Source: an uncultured cyanobacterium (GTDB lineage: Bacteria > Cyanobacteriota > Cyanobacteriia > Cyanobacteriales > Nostocaceae). From it: a stretch of 64,000 bases of DNA. The stretch lies in contig CAVUDP010000003.1 in NCBI GenBank assembly GCA_963740315.1, positions 480,001 through 544,000 on the forward strand. The letters run 5' to 3'. The notes beneath the pieces are model-generated. The model searched no databases, had not been told where the DNA came from, and was given only the letters and a program-made list of their open reading frames with translations. Shown in pieces: positions 1 to 10,892 of this stretch; the stretch's first letter is position 1; the number at the start of each line of letters is the position of its first letter. The position numbers were made by a program, and so were the translations under genes.

Positions 1-390
1 TTTAATCCAAACAAATGTATTTAAGAATACTTAAAATTGGATTTTGAAAGTAACTTATGTTTGTTCAAAAATAGATTACGATCGTTCATAGTTTTAATAT
101 CAAAAATTCGCCAAATATAATTTTTCGGTGTAAATCCTGAATTCGCGATCGCGATCGGGATAATTAGTTTTTTGATTAAGTTGCAAATAAATTATCTTTT
201 TATACTTATTCATATATCTTAAATAGGTAGCAGTATATACAAATATCGATAATGAACCTATAGAAATAGGTAAAATTAGATACAGGTAAAAAGAACTAAT
301 CGGATATAAAAAACGATCGCCTAAATGTCAGCAAGTGTCTAGAACCGCTAATATTGTTAACATAACTTCAAAACTATTATTTAAGCAGCC

Positions 391-2862
391 TTGATCCAAT
401 CCGAAACACTAGACTTACTGGAATGGTCCCGCCTATGCCAGCATTTGTCAACTTTCGCGGCAACTAAGCTGGGAGCGATCGCCGCACGTAATATTGCTAT
501 TCCTGACTCTCAGATTCAAAGCGAATATTTATTAGCGCAAACGAAACAAGTATACGAATTAGAAAATCGTTTAGATAATGGAATTTCTTTTGAAGGAATT
601 CAAGATTTCGGCGACTCTTTAGAAAGAGCGGAATTAAAAGGTATTTTGGCAGGGGATGAATTGTTAGCGATCGCTACTACCCTGGCTGGAGTCAGAAATT
701 TACGTCGGCTGATCGATAACCATCCAGATTTAGAAATATTAAACGAATTAGTTGCCGATTTACGGACTTACCCAGAATTAGAACAAGAAATCCACCGCTG
801 TATCGATGAGCGGGGACAAGTAACGGATCGTGCGAGCGAGAAACTCGGCGATATTCGTCACTCATTGCGTCAAAACCGCAGTCAAATCACCCGAAAGCTG
901 CAAAACATCATCCAGGTAAAAGGCAACGCACTCCAAGAAACAATAATCACTCAACGCGGCGATCGATATGTAATTCCCGTAAAAGCACCGCAAAAAGACG
1001 CTATTCCAGGTATTGTACACGACACATCAACAAGCGGAGCCACCCTGTATGTGGAACCTAATTCCGTAGTGCCGATGGGCAATCAACTGCGGCAATTATT
1101 GCGGAGAGAACAAGTAGAAGAAGAAGCGGTTCGCCGTAATTTATCCGAAAAAGTCGCTGAAGTAAAACCAGATTTAGAAAAAGTACTAGCAGTAGCAACT
1201 GCATTAGATTTAGCGACTGCTAAGTCACGGTATAGCTTCTGGTTAAAAGCAAATCCTCCTCGTTTTATTAACCCTGTAGAAGAAAATATTACTTTACGTG
1301 AATTACGACATCCCTTGTTAGTGTGGCAGCAGCATCACGAACAAGGACATCCAGTAGTTCCCGTAGATTTAGTAATCAATCCATATATTCGAGTAGTTAC
1401 CATTACCGGACCGAACACGGGTGGTAAAACCGTAACTCTGAAAACCCTTGGTTTTGCAACATTAATGGCAAAAATAGGTTTATTCGTACCAGCCCGCGAG
1501 CCGGTGGAATTACCTTGGTTTGACCAAATATTAGCAGACATTGGGGACGAACAATCCTTAGAGCAGAGTTTATCAACATTTTCCGGACATATCCGCCGGA
1601 TTAGTCGGATTTTGGACGCAATTTCGACCGAGGAAGCAGGACAAGGGGACAAGGAGACAAGGAGACAAGGAGACGAAATTACTTCCCCCCATCACCCTAT
1701 CCCCCCATCTCCCCATCCCTCTTCCCTAGTATTGCTTGACGAAGTTGGCGCGGGTACCGATCCTGTTGAAGGTAGTGCATTAGCGATCGCTTTATTGAGT
1801 TATCTTGCAGATCGTTCAATGCTGACAATTGCTACTACTCACTTTGGCGAGTTGAAGGCACTGAAGTATCAAGACGAACGCTTTGAAAATGCTTCGGTAG
1901 AATTTGATGAAGCAACTTTGTCACCAACTTATCGTTTACTCTGGGGAATTCCCGGACGTTCTAATGCTTTAGCAATTGCTTCTCGTTTGGGGTTAAAAGC
2001 AGAAGTAGTAGAAAAAGCAAAAGAGGAAATGGGAGGTGCAACAGATGAAGTTAATCAAGTTATAGCCGGATTAGAAGCGCAACGTCGCCGTCAAGAAGAG
2101 AAAGCAGCACAGGCACAAGATTTATTGCAGCAAGCAGAACGTTTTTATAAAGAAGTATCGGCAAAAGCTGCATATTTAGAAGAAAGGGAAAAATCTTTAC
2201 GTGCTTCTCAGGAAATAGCAGTACAGCAAGCGATCGCTTCGGCAAAAGGTGAAATAGCTGGGGTAATTAAGCGTTTGCAACAAGGTAAACCAACCGCCCA
2301 AGATGCTCAAAAAGCTACCGAAAATATAAATAAATTAGCAGATAGATTTATACCAAAGGCTGCACCGAAAGAGAAAGTCGGCTTTATGCCAAAAGTAGGC
2401 GAACGCATTCGCATTCCCCGATTAGGACAAACGGCAGAGGTGTTAACAGCCCCTGACGAAGATGGAGAGTTTAACGTCCGGTTTGGAATCATGAAAATGA
2501 CGGTCAAACTAGAGGATGTGGAATCTTTAAATGGGGAAAAAGCGCAGACACCAGTTAAAGCAAAACCAGCAGCCAAACCAGCAGAACCAGCAGCCAAACC
2601 AGCAGAAAGCGAACCTTTAATTCGTACTTCCAAAAACACCGTAGATTTACGGGGAAGAAGAGTAGCAGATGCCGAATTAGTTTTAGATAAAGCGATTTCA
2701 GAAGCTGCAAGAGCAATATGGATAATTCACGGACACGGAACCGGAAAACTGCGTCAAGGAGTTCATGCTTTTTTAAAGCAGCACCCTAGAATCAGTAATT
2801 ACGAAGCAGCACCGCAAAACGATGGTGGTACCGGGGTTACGATTGCGTATGTCAAAGGTTAA
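391..2862 (+). CDS. mutS2: MutS2 family protein (C-terminal Smr domain), with an STRR-derived in-frame insertion
   Basis: Walker A ITGPNTGGKT, DIGDEQSLEQSLSTFSGH, Walker B LLDEVGAGTDP, Smr motif IIHGHGTGKLR; TTG start. Confidence 0.97.
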   Translation: MIQSETLDLLEWSRLCQHLSTFAATKLGAIAARNIAIPDSQIQSEYLLAQTKQVYELENRLDNGISFEGIQDFGDSLERAELKGILAGDELLAIATTLAGVRNLRRLIDNHPDLEILNELVADLRTYPELEQEIHRCIDERGQVTDRASEKLGDIRHSLRQNRSQITRKLQNIIQVKGNALQETIITQRGDRYVIPVKAPQKDAIPGIVHDTSTSGATLYVEPNSVVPMGNQLRQLLRREQVEEEAVRRNLSEKVAEVKPDLEKVLAVATALDLATAKSRYSFWLKANPPRFINPVEENITLRELRHPLLVWQQHHEQGHPVVPVDLVINPYIRVVTITGPNTGGKTVTLKTLGFATLMAKIGLFVPAREPVELPWFDQILADIGDEQSLEQSLSTFSGHIRRISRILDAISTEEAGQGDKETRRQGDEITSPHHPIPPSPHPSSLVLLDEVGAGTDPVEGSALAIALLSYLADRSMLTIATTHFGELKALKYQDERFENASVEFDEATLSPTYRLLWGIPGRSNALAIASRLGLKAEVVEKAKEEMGGATDEVNQVIAGLEAQRRRQEEKAAQAQDLLQQAERFYKEVSAKAAYLEEREKSLRASQEIAVQQAIASAKGEIAGVIKRLQQGKPTAQDAQKATENINKLADRFIPKAAPKEKVGFMPKVGERIRIPRLGQTAEVLTAPDEDGEFNVRFGIMKMTVKLEDVESLNGEKAQTPVKAKPAAKPAEPAAKPAESEPLIRTSKNTVDLRGRRVADAELVLDKAISEAARAIWIIHGHGTGKLRQGVHAFLKQHPRISNYEAAPQNDGGTGVTIAYVKG

Positions 2863-3172
2863 AGGTTAAAGGTCTGCATATTAAAGGTGTAATAACTACT
2901 CCCCCCTCTCCTTGTCCCCTTGTCTCCCATTCCCAATGCCCATTCACGCGGAGCGTGCGGGCGTATCCCAATTCCCAATTAAAAAATTTCCCTTTGACAA
3001 AATGGAAATTGAATCTAAAGTAGGTAAAAGACAAATTGCTGTTGACCCAAATCAGGTGTAAAGCTTGCCAAATTGCGATTTTTTTGCTATGGCTTGCGGA
3101 AACCAATATAAAATGTTGAGAGTCTGGTTTCAAAATGGGTAACAGCAACAGTCCCAAAAGGCCCGATCACCT

Positions 3173-3778
3173 ATGCTTAAAGTTATGCACTCTGCTGGCG
3201 ATTCACCCACTATTAGTTCCCAGTGGGAGGATTTAACTAATATTGCCGCCCCAACATCCATTCAATGGGACGATATCAAAGCCCAAATTGACTTGGTGCT
3301 GTTGGCTCTAGAAGCTTTGACTGGCATCGGTTCCGAAGCAATGCTCTCTGCGGCAATTAATCTTAATTTAGAATCAAGAGTGCCAGACCGGGTGGCGCTG
3401 TGGCGACTGCGCCAGTCTAACCCCATACGTAAAGGTCAAGGAGGCAGAAAAAAATTAGATGTAGAAGAAGCGCGATCGTTAGTTTTGATTACTTGCTATC
3501 TTGCCAAACAGCACCAAGAATTAATTCGTCGTGCTGTTGACTTGTTAGAGCAGCAAGCGTTGAACAACCGCGAACCTCATTACTCTGCTTTATTGGGAGA
3601 TTACATCGATGCTTTCTGCAACACTTATCAAGAGCGGATGGAAGAGGATGAGAAAATCTCCACAGATATACTCACCAATTTGGCACTAAAACTACTGATA
3701 GATTTAGTTTTCTACAGTGGTCCCGGTGGACACCGCCGTCTCTGGCTAGCACTTATAGATCGTTCAACAAAATTTTAA
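3173..3778 (+). CDS. Conserved cyanobacterial protein (DUF3038-like)
   Basis: LDLVLLALEAL / RVALWRLRQSNP.R / ARSLVLI / LLIDLVFYSGPGGHRRLW pattern; typical pairing with the downstream DUF4335 gene. Confidence 0.8.
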   Translation: MLKVMHSAGDSPTISSQWEDLTNIAAPTSIQWDDIKAQIDLVLLALEALTGIGSEAMLSAAINLNLESRVPDRVALWRLRQSNPIRKGQGGRKKLDVEEARSLVLITCYLAKQHQELIRRAVDLLEQQALNNREPHYSALLGDYIDAFCNTYQERMEEDEKISTDILTNLALKLLIDLVFYSGPGGHRRLWLALIDRSTKF

Positions 3779-3802
3779 AATGTCCAAGACGCATTTACTG
3801 CC

Positions 3803-5344
3803 ATGCCTCTATCAAATTCAGTGATTCGTCGGTATACGCCGCCTACCTGCACGTTAGAAGTTGTGGCGCAAAGTTCTCCTTTGTCGCGGTGGATGGGTAA
3901 ATCCGTTCTCAAGCAGGTTAGATTCAATCTTCGTTTTGACTCGCCGCGACAACCAGAAAAGGAACTTATTGTAGTCCAAGGCGACCGGGACCAGTTGGAA
4001 GCTTTATATACGGCAGTCTCAGGTTACGTACAGGAAATCTTGCAACAGTCACCAGAAAATTTCTGGGCTTCCAGGGTTGAAGCGCACAAAGTTAGTAAAA
4101 CATTTGAACCTACAGCAGCGTCGGATGTTCCTAACTTGGAAAATATTTCACCCAACGGAAACGAATTTGCTTATAGTTCCAATATTTATTTACAACCAAG
4201 CAGCAATTTGACTCATCAACTGTTTCTTGGTTCCTTAGCAAACCAAGTTAGCGGTTCTTCAATTCAACTGGGTTTGCTGCAATTATTTGATTTAGCAACA
4301 GCTTTAGATGAGTATATAGTTGATGTTGTCGCTTTACCTACCGAAACTCAACCGCGCAGAAGAAATAATTTTGCAATCCCTGCTTGGGCACCTGTTGCAG
4401 CAGTAATGGTATTGGGCTTGGGCTTAATGCCATTTACATATCAATACGCTAACCGGGTTCGAGAACAAAAGGGAACGAGCAAAATAGCGACAAATAATGA
4501 AATTGGTAGTGATGCGAATAGTACGCTGTTAACGCCATTACCAACGCCAAATTCTTTACTTACTCCTTCACCGCTACCACCTAATGGTTCTGGTGTTACC
4601 TTAAGCGATCCTCTTTCACCAGGCTCTTTAACATCTCTCAATCCAAATTTATCCGCGACTCAGAAACCAGGTAGCACTTTTCCCTCAGCCTCCACAAATC
4701 CCAACAGCAGTTTGCCTAATCTTCCCTTGTTCCCAGAAGGTAGCAGTACGACGACAAAACCGCTAATTTCTCCAAATCCATCTACCTTAACCCCAGGGGG
4801 AAGTAGTTCCGCATTGCTTCCTAAAAGTAATTCGCCATCTAGTTTGCCGTCACTCACGAACCCATCTCCCCCAAAAATTCCCGTACTTCCAAAACAAGCC
4901 ACTGCACCCACTCAAAACAATCAAGCAAATTCGCTTCCAGATTCCTCTAAAAATAGTAGCGATTTAGCAGCACAATTAAGAAGGAGTAGTGCAGATTCCG
5001 CAGCAAATAGTGGCGAAAAAACGACTGCAACAACAGCCGCAGCCAATAGTGAAACATTGTTCGATACCAATCAAGTCGCGGAAGTAAGAAATTATTTTGA
5101 AAAACGCTGGCAGCCACCTAGCGGATTAAAACAGCCTTTGCAATACAGTTTGACAGTAGGTGTTGATGGTGCGCTCGAACAAATTCTTCCTTTAGGAAAA
5201 GCTGCAAGAGATTATGTTGATAAGGCTGGCATTCCACAAATTGGTCAACCTTTCGTTTCTCCCAGTCGGAATGGGCAAAATGTAAAAATACGTGCAGTTT
5301 TCAAACCAAATGGTCAAGTACAAGCCTTTCCTGAAACGGATTAG
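3803..5344 (+). CDS. DUF4335-like membrane-anchored protein with Pro/Ser-rich linker
   Basis: N-terminal RRYTPPTCTLEV...LSRW and QLFDLATALDEY, one TM segment, C-terminal EVRNYF..RWQPP domain. Confidence 0.8.
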   Translation: MPLSNSVIRRYTPPTCTLEVVAQSSPLSRWMGKSVLKQVRFNLRFDSPRQPEKELIVVQGDRDQLEALYTAVSGYVQEILQQSPENFWASRVEAHKVSKTFEPTAASDVPNLENISPNGNEFAYSSNIYLQPSSNLTHQLFLGSLANQVSGSSIQLGLLQLFDLATALDEYIVDVVALPTETQPRRRNNFAIPAWAPVAAVMVLGLGLMPFTYQYANRVREQKGTSKIATNNEIGSDANSTLLTPLPTPNSLLTPSPLPPNGSGVTLSDPLSPGSLTSLNPNLSATQKPGSTFPSASTNPNSSLPNLPLFPEGSSTTTKPLISPNPSTLTPGGSSSALLPKSNSPSSLPSLTNPSPPKIPVLPKQATAPTQNNQANSLPDSSKNSSDLAAQLRRSSADSAANSGEKTTATTAAANSETLFDTNQVAEVRNYFEKRWQPPSGLKQPLQYSLTVGVDGALEQILPLGKAARDYVDKAGIPQIGQPFVSPSRNGQNVKIRAVFKPNGQVQAFPETD

Positions 5345-5904
5345 ACAGAGTGCTTCAAACAAGAGTTGGTAAAAAATCGGGTTTCTTGAGAATGGCTGAA
5401 AACTTAATTATCGCCAAAGAAACCCGGCTTTAAGTTTTTCATAAAAACAAGTGTATATAAGTTTCAACCGTCTCGCCATTGCGTCGGTGATACAAAGTAA
5501 GTTAAGTTTGAAATGCAACTTTTGGAGCTACAAAATATTCGTATAGATACAGACGTACCAATATACGTCTATTTTACATTAAAAAAAATCTATATTAATT
5601 CGTTTAGTTTCACCAGCACAGGTTGGCGACGGCAACCCTTACTCGCCTTGGTTTTATCAACCAAAGGTGCTTTTTAATGGGAACAAGTAATAATAGATTT
5701 TTGAGTGCAATGTATCATCTATTAATCGTTAGCTAATACCCATGATTTTAATGCTAACTATGAATTAATAAGTAGAAATACCATAGAATTAAAAGGCATT
5801 ATCAGTTCAAAATAATAGATTGTGGACTATAAACGCCGTTAATTTGGCAACAAATTCTACACGAAACCTGAGTAAATTATAATGTTATTTTGGCATCAAC
5901 TGTC

Positions 5905-6972
5905 ATGACCTCCAATGATTTTTATATATCAGAGCATCTTCAAGCGGATATCTTTGAGCTAATAGAAAAGTTACCGAACTTAAAAAATCGGAAATACATC
6001 GAGCAGACTTTAAATACTGTATTGCGACTTGCTGGCGATGAAATTGACCGGCTAGACTGGAAAATCTTGTCAGCATCTTTGGCAGATATGGAACGGGGTT
6101 TCCAGTTGTTTCATACCTACAAACACGTTCGTAAAGTTACCATATTTGGGTCGGCGCGTTTATCCCCAGAAACACCAGACTACAAGATGGCAAGGGATTT
6201 TGGACGCTGCGTATCTGAGTTGGGGTTCATGGTAATTACTGGTGGTGGTGGTGGCATAATGCACGCCGGACACGAAGGTGCTGGAAGAGAAAACTCCTTT
6301 GGTTTAAATATCGAGCTACCCTTTGAACAAGAAGCAAACCCAATTATTCAGGGTGATGAGAAACTAATTCACTTTAAATATTTCTTTACCCGCAAGCTAT
6401 TTTTGCTCAAAGAAAGTGATGCAGTAGCATTATTCCCCGGTGGTTTTGGCACTCAAGACGAAGCATTCGAGTGCATGACTTTGAGTCAAACTGGTAAATT
6501 TGGACCAGTTCCGTTAATTTTAATCGATCATCCCGGTGGTGATTACTGGAAATCTTGGAGCGAATATATTGATAAACAGTTGGTTGAAAAAGGTCTGGTA
6601 AGTCCTGAAGATCCCAGTTTGTATACCGTTACAGATAATTTAGAAGTTGCTTGTAACGCCATAACTCAATTTTTCAAAGTTTATCACTCCAGTCGTTACG
6701 TTAGCGATCGCCTAGTGATTCGCTTAAAGTCGGAGTTATCTGACGCTGAAGTCGAAAAGCTGAATGCACAATTCAGCGAAATTTTAGTGAAAGGGAAAAT
6801 AGAGAAAAGTCAAGCTTTACCACAAGAAGGAGCAGACGAAGCTGTTGGGCTTCCCCGGTTGCTGCTGTACTTCAATCAAAAGGATTTAGGACGCTTGTAT
6901 CAAATGATTGCAGCGATTAATCAAATGGGACATCTTTCGGCTGAAGATGCCCAACATCCGGAAAGGAAGTAA
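5905..6972 (+). CDS. LOG family (TIGR00730-like Rossmann-fold) nucleotide-binding protein
   Basis: VTIFGSAR, TGGGGGIM, GLNIELPFEQ, FKYFFTRK, PGGFGTQDE motifs; ATG at 5905 preferred over TTG at 5890. Confidence 0.9.
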   Translation: MTSNDFYISEHLQADIFELIEKLPNLKNRKYIEQTLNTVLRLAGDEIDRLDWKILSASLADMERGFQLFHTYKHVRKVTIFGSARLSPETPDYKMARDFGRCVSELGFMVITGGGGGIMHAGHEGAGRENSFGLNIELPFEQEANPIIQGDEKLIHFKYFFTRKLFLLKESDAVALFPGGFGTQDEAFECMTLSQTGKFGPVPLILIDHPGGDYWKSWSEYIDKQLVEKGLVSPEDPSLYTVTDNLEVACNAITQFFKVYHSSRYVSDRLVIRLKSELSDAEVEKLNAQFSEILVKGKIEKSQALPQEGADEAVGLPRLLLYFNQKDLGRLYQMIAAINQMGHLSAEDAQHPERK

Positions 6973-7245
6973 GTTTGGGCATGGAGCATTGGGAATTAAC
7001 CCTCAGACTGGAAGTCTGGGGAACCATCAAAACAAAGCCCGTCTGAGCCGCAGCTTCGCTGAACACCGACTAAGAAATAGAAATAAGTAATCTCCAGTGA
7101 CTCGTTCCCAGCCTCCAGGCTGGGAATGCTGTTTCAGGAGGCTCTGCCTCCGGTGGCAATTGCGTTTTGATTGTTTCGGACGGATTAGAAGCCCATCCCA
7201 CAAGAGATGAATTTTCTATAAAACTAAAAACTAAAAAAATCTTTA

Positions 7246-7272
7246 GCATTAAATTTAGTGCAAATTTGATGC
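7246..7272. promoter_or_regulatory. Inverted repeat upstream of antitoxin, probable autoregulatory operator
   Basis: GCATTAAATTT-agtgc-AAATTTGATGC (10/11 match), 12 nt before the Phd ATG. Confidence 0.55.
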
Positions 7273-7284
7273 ATAATTAATTCT

Positions 7285-7575
7285 ATGTTAAATATCAGTC
7301 GAGATATTCATTCACTCTCAAGCTTTAAACGAAATACGCCTTCATTTATCGAACAAATGAAGCAGACAGGAGAACCCGTAGTGTTAACGGTTAATGGTAA
7401 AGCCGAAATAGTAGTTCAGGATGCAGAGTCTTACCAAAAATTACTTGATGCGTTGGAAAGGTTGGAAGCTATAGCCGGAATTAAACAAGGGCTAGAAGAT
7501 GTAGAGGCTGGTAAAACTATTTCGATAAAGGAATTTGAGCAAGAAGTAAAGCAAAAACATGACATTTCAAGTTAG
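7285..7575 (+). CDS. Phd/YefM family antitoxin
   Basis: DIHSLSSFKRNT...GEPVVLTVNGKAEIVVQDAESYQ is the Phd/YefM N-terminal pattern; acidic C-terminal half. Confidence 0.9.
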   Translation: MLNISRDIHSLSSFKRNTPSFIEQMKQTGEPVVLTVNGKAEIVVQDAESYQKLLDALERLEAIAGIKQGLEDVEAGKTISIKEFEQEVKQKHDISS

Positions 7576-7618
7576 GTTTACTCAAACGGTAAAGGCTACT
7601 TTTAGGTTTTATAGGTAA
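7559..7618 (+). pseudogene. Truncated RelE/ParE-like toxin remnant (MTFQVRFTQTVKATFRFYR*)
   Basis: ATG overlaps the antitoxin 3' end as in type II TA operons; MTFQVxxTxT resembles ParE N-termini; stop after 19 codons. Confidence 0.55.
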
Positions 7619-7622
7619 TCCA

Positions 7623-7995
7623 ATGAAGCAGGTTTCTACAATTTTATTGAGTTTTCTGTTGATGGCTTCTTCTGCGTCTCAACCTCCTCAACTGTTAGAA
7701 GTGTTTCCTACAGAAAATTCAGCACAGACTTCCGTACAGTTTGTTGGCGCTGCATTGAATTTTCGTTTGGGAGAAGAAGCTGAGCAAGGCTCGGTGCAAC
7801 TATTTGTTGATGGAATAGATGTCACCAAAAAAGCTCGGATTAGTGGCACCCGTGACTGGCCTTTCTAGCTATTATAAAATTTCTTATACACCGAATTCTT
7901 TTGAACTAGGCACTCATTGTGCTGAAATTCGGTTTCGGACTATAGACAATAAAACGAAATCTTATAGCTGGTCTTTTTCTGTTAAATCTCCTTAA
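7623..7995 (+). pseudogene. Frameshifted secreted Ig-like/beta-sandwich protein
   Basis: The 81-aa ORF with signal peptide stops at 7868; the +1 frame from 7864 continues SSYYKISYTPNSFELGTHCAEIRFRTIDNKTKSYSWSFSVKSP* to 7995. Confidence 0.65.
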
Positions 7996-8004
7996 TATTA
8001 GCTT

Positions 8005-8200
8005 GTAGGTTAGGTTAGACAGGAAAATCAAATTTCGTTTGTAACGCCTGCTTTATAATTATCGTGTCGTAACTCAACATTATTAGGATTGCGATCGATT
8101 GAGATATTTAAGAATACGCCGGAAAGAATTTGTTGGGTTACAGCGCTAAGATAATTTATTATCGAATATTATTACTCTTCGTGGGCTTATCCCAACTTAC
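8005..8200. repeat. Degenerate GTAGGTTGGGTT-type REP doublet
   Basis: Left arm GTAGGTTAGGTT...GTAACTCAACA; right arm TGTTGGGTTAC...CCCAACTTAC in inverted orientation. Confidence 0.55.
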
Positions 8201-8273
8201 TACTTTCCATTTGTTTGGTATAAGTTTACTAATAAATAGCAAAAATATTTTCATAAAAGGGGAATTTTTGAAT

Positions 8274-9182
8274 ATGCAATTGGAAGAAATTATATCGAAG
8301 TTAGAAAATAATTATGGCAAATTACCCCGCGAAGCTTTAGAAAGAGCCATCGAAGAAAAGGAAGCCATTACTCCTTTATTGTTAGATATTTTATCGAATT
8401 GTAAAAATAACCTTGAGGAGATATCAAATAAACCTGACTATATTCTACATATTTGTGCATTTTACCTACTCGCACAATTTAGAGAACCATTAGCTTATCC
8501 GATTATTATCGATTTCTTCTCAATTCCGGGAGATATGCCAGTTGATGCAACGGGCGATTTGTTAGGGGGAGGCTTGGCTAAAATACTTGCTTCTGTTTGT
8601 TATAGAAATATTGAACCTATCAAACAACTGATAGAAAATCAAGAAGTTAATGAATGGGTAAGAGCCTCTGCTCTTGATTCCTTGATTATTTTAGTTGTTC
8701 AAGAAATTATTTCTAGACAGGAAATTATCGAGTATTATAAAGAACTTTTTTCAAATCTTTTTGCAAATAAATATAATGCACCTCAAGTTAAAGAAGAACC
8801 GGATTATATCTGGACTCACTTAGTAATGAATAGTTCTATGTTTGCTCCCGTAGAACTACAGCAATATATTGAACGAACTTTTGATGAGGATTTAATTCAA
8901 CCGCTTTATTTCGAGCGGCAAGAGTTTAACAATCTATTAGAAATAGCTTCGGAAGCGACTTTGAACGCACTTCCTAATGATATTTTTTATACTTTGGTTG
9001 AAGATGCTATATCTGAGATAAAATCCGAAGTTTTCTGGATTTCCCCATTTCAACAAACTCGCAATACTTTGACTAAGGTAGAAGGATTTTCTAACTCACC
9101 TAATAAATCTAAAACTAAAGTAAAGAACAAGAAAAAAATGCAGCAAGAATCTCGTCGAAAAAATCGGTCGAAGAAAAAGTAA
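8274..9182 (+). CDS. DUF1186 family (HEAT-like) protein
   Basis: PREALERA..ITPLLL, AFYLLAQFRE..AYP, LASVC, NEWVRASAL motifs; basic C-terminal tail; ATG 8274 chosen because the upstream extension crosses a REP. Confidence 0.8.
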   Translation: MQLEEIISKLENNYGKLPREALERAIEEKEAITPLLLDILSNCKNNLEEISNKPDYILHICAFYLLAQFREPLAYPIIIDFFSIPGDMPVDATGDLLGGGLAKILASVCYRNIEPIKQLIENQEVNEWVRASALDSLIILVVQEIISRQEIIEYYKELFSNLFANKYNAPQVKEEPDYIWTHLVMNSSMFAPVELQQYIERTFDEDLIQPLYFERQEFNNLLEIASEATLNALPNDIFYTLVEDAISEIKSEVFWISPFQQTRNTLTKVEGFSNSPNKSKTKVKNKKKMQQESRRKNRSKKK

Positions 9183-9301
9183 TTTTCGAGCATTTTCTCC
9201 GCTAATTTCATAAAGTAAGCTATTTCGTGACATTTAGCTACTCAAGCTTTCAAATTAAATCTACGGTGGGCATTTGCCCACCACAAAAACTAAATAAACA
9301 G

Positions 9302-10777
9302 TTAGCTAAGAACCCAATTAACCAAAGTCCGAACGCCGAAACCAGTTGCACCAGAAGGATTGTAGCCGTTATCTTTATCAGTCCACACGGGACCTGCAAC
9401 GTCTAAATGCGCCCAAGCGGGGGTATCTTTAACAAACTGCTTTAAAAATAAAGATGCAGTAATCGAACCACCCGCACGAGGTCCGGTATTCTTCATATCG
9501 GCAATACCAGATTTTAATCCTTCAAAATACTTCTCTTCCATCGGCATTCGCCAGAATTTCTCTCCGGCACTTTCAGAAGCTTTCTGTAATTCGGATGCTA
9601 ATTCATCGCTGGGGGTAAACAACCCGGCAATTTCATTACCCAAAGCAACAATACAGGCTCCTGTCAAAGTTGCTAAATCCACGATCGCATCTACTCCCAA
9701 CTTATCGGCAAACACTAACGCATCCGCTAACGTTAAACGTCCTTCAGCGTCGGTGTTATTAACTTCGATAGTCTTACCGTTAGAAGCTTTGAGGATATCG
9801 CCGGGATGCATGGCGTGTCCGCTAATCATGTTTTCAGCGACGGCAGAAATAAAGTGAACTTCTGCATCTGGCTTGAGTTGACCAATTGCTTTGGCAGCAC
9901 CCAAGGTAGCCGCAGCGCCACCCATATCCATTTTCATGGTTTCAATACCGCTACCAGCACCTTTGATATTTAATCCACCAGAGTCGAAGGTTACACCTTT
10001 GCCAATAATTGCTAACTTACGTCTTGGCGTACCTTGGGGTTTATAGGTGAGGTGAATAAATTTCGGAGGCAAATCGGAAGCTTGCGCTACTCCCAAAAAA
10101 GCACCCATGCCTAACTTTTCACAGTCTTCTTTTTCCAGAATTTCTATTTCTAACCCGTGTTCGGAAGCAATTTCTTGAGCGACTTCCGCCATAGTCACCG
10201 GGGTGACTTCATTAGCTGGCGCTGCAACTAATTGTCGTGCCAGCATTACACCCGAAGCTATTTGATTAGCAAGGGTAACTGCTGCTTCTTGTCCGCCTAA
10301 ACCTAGTAAATCTACGGTTTCTACTTGTGTTTCTTTTTCTTCCGGTTCCGACTTGAAACGGTTATCTTGATAAAGTGCTAACTGCACGCCTTCAGCGATC
10401 GCCTGTGCAGTTTGTGCTGCGTCATCATGACAAACTGGTAAACTGATACCCAAAGACTTACATTTTTGCTTTTTAGCTAACTTTGCTACTGCTGCGGCTG
10501 CACGTCTTAAGCTTTCAGCATTCAAAGTTTCAGCTTTACCCAAGCCCACTAACATAACTTTACGAATAGAATTGCCACCACTTAAGCGGGTGAAAACACT
10601 ACTGTTAGGTTTTGCTTTAAATTCTTCATCCTCTATTAATTCTTTTAAAGCACCGGCTAACTTTTTATCCAAAGCAGCCAAATCGCCAGTTAACTCTAAT
10701 CCATCTTCAAATAATCCTACCGCCAAACCATCCCCAGACCAATCTGAAAGCGGTGTATTACTCGCTCGAATTTCCAT
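9302..10777 (-). CDS. pepA: Leucyl aminopeptidase (M17)
   Basis: [35 protein letters not shown] motifs. Confidence 0.97.
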   Translation of the reverse strand: MEIRASNTPLSDWSGDGLAVGLFEDGLELTGDLAALDKKLAGALKELIEDEEFKAKPNSSVFTRLSGGNSIRKVMLVGLGKAETLNAESLRRAAAAVAKLAKKQKCKSLGISLPVCHDDAAQTAQAIAEGVQLALYQDNRFKSEPEEKETQVETVDLLGLGGQEAAVTLANQIASGVMLARQLVAAPANEVTPVTMAEVAQEIASEHGLEIEILEKEDCEKLGMGAFLGVAQASDLPPKFIHLTYKPQGTPRRKLAIIGKGVTFDSGGLNIKGAGSGIETMKMDMGGAAATLGAAKAIGQLKPDAEVHFISAVAENMISGHAMHPGDILKASNGKTIEVNNTDAEGRLTLADALVFADKLGVDAIVDLATLTGACIVALGNEIAGLFTPSDELASELQKASESAGEKFWRMPMEEKYFEGLKSGIADMKNTGPRAGGSITASLFLKQFVKDTPAWAHLDVAGPVWTDKDNGYNPSGATGFGVRTLVNWVLS

Positions 10778-10892
10778 TTCGTATCCAACAAGTGACTTTA
10801 CTTGTACCAGTATTGCTCAAAATTCACGCTTTGTGCTGCCAGATTGAAGAGTTAGGAGTTAAGGACTTGCAAAAAATAATTTATTTTATTTT

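Noticed and set aside
5461..5636. Loose inverted repeat (CCGTCTCGCCA..GGTGA / TCACC..TTGGCGACGG) as a MITE
   Set aside because: Too degenerate and no target duplication; cannot be supported without a genome search.
8130..8273. 48-aa hydrophobic N-terminal extension of the DUF1186 gene
   Set aside because: It begins inside a REP arm; ATG 8274 has an upstream purine-rich RBS and matches the family start.
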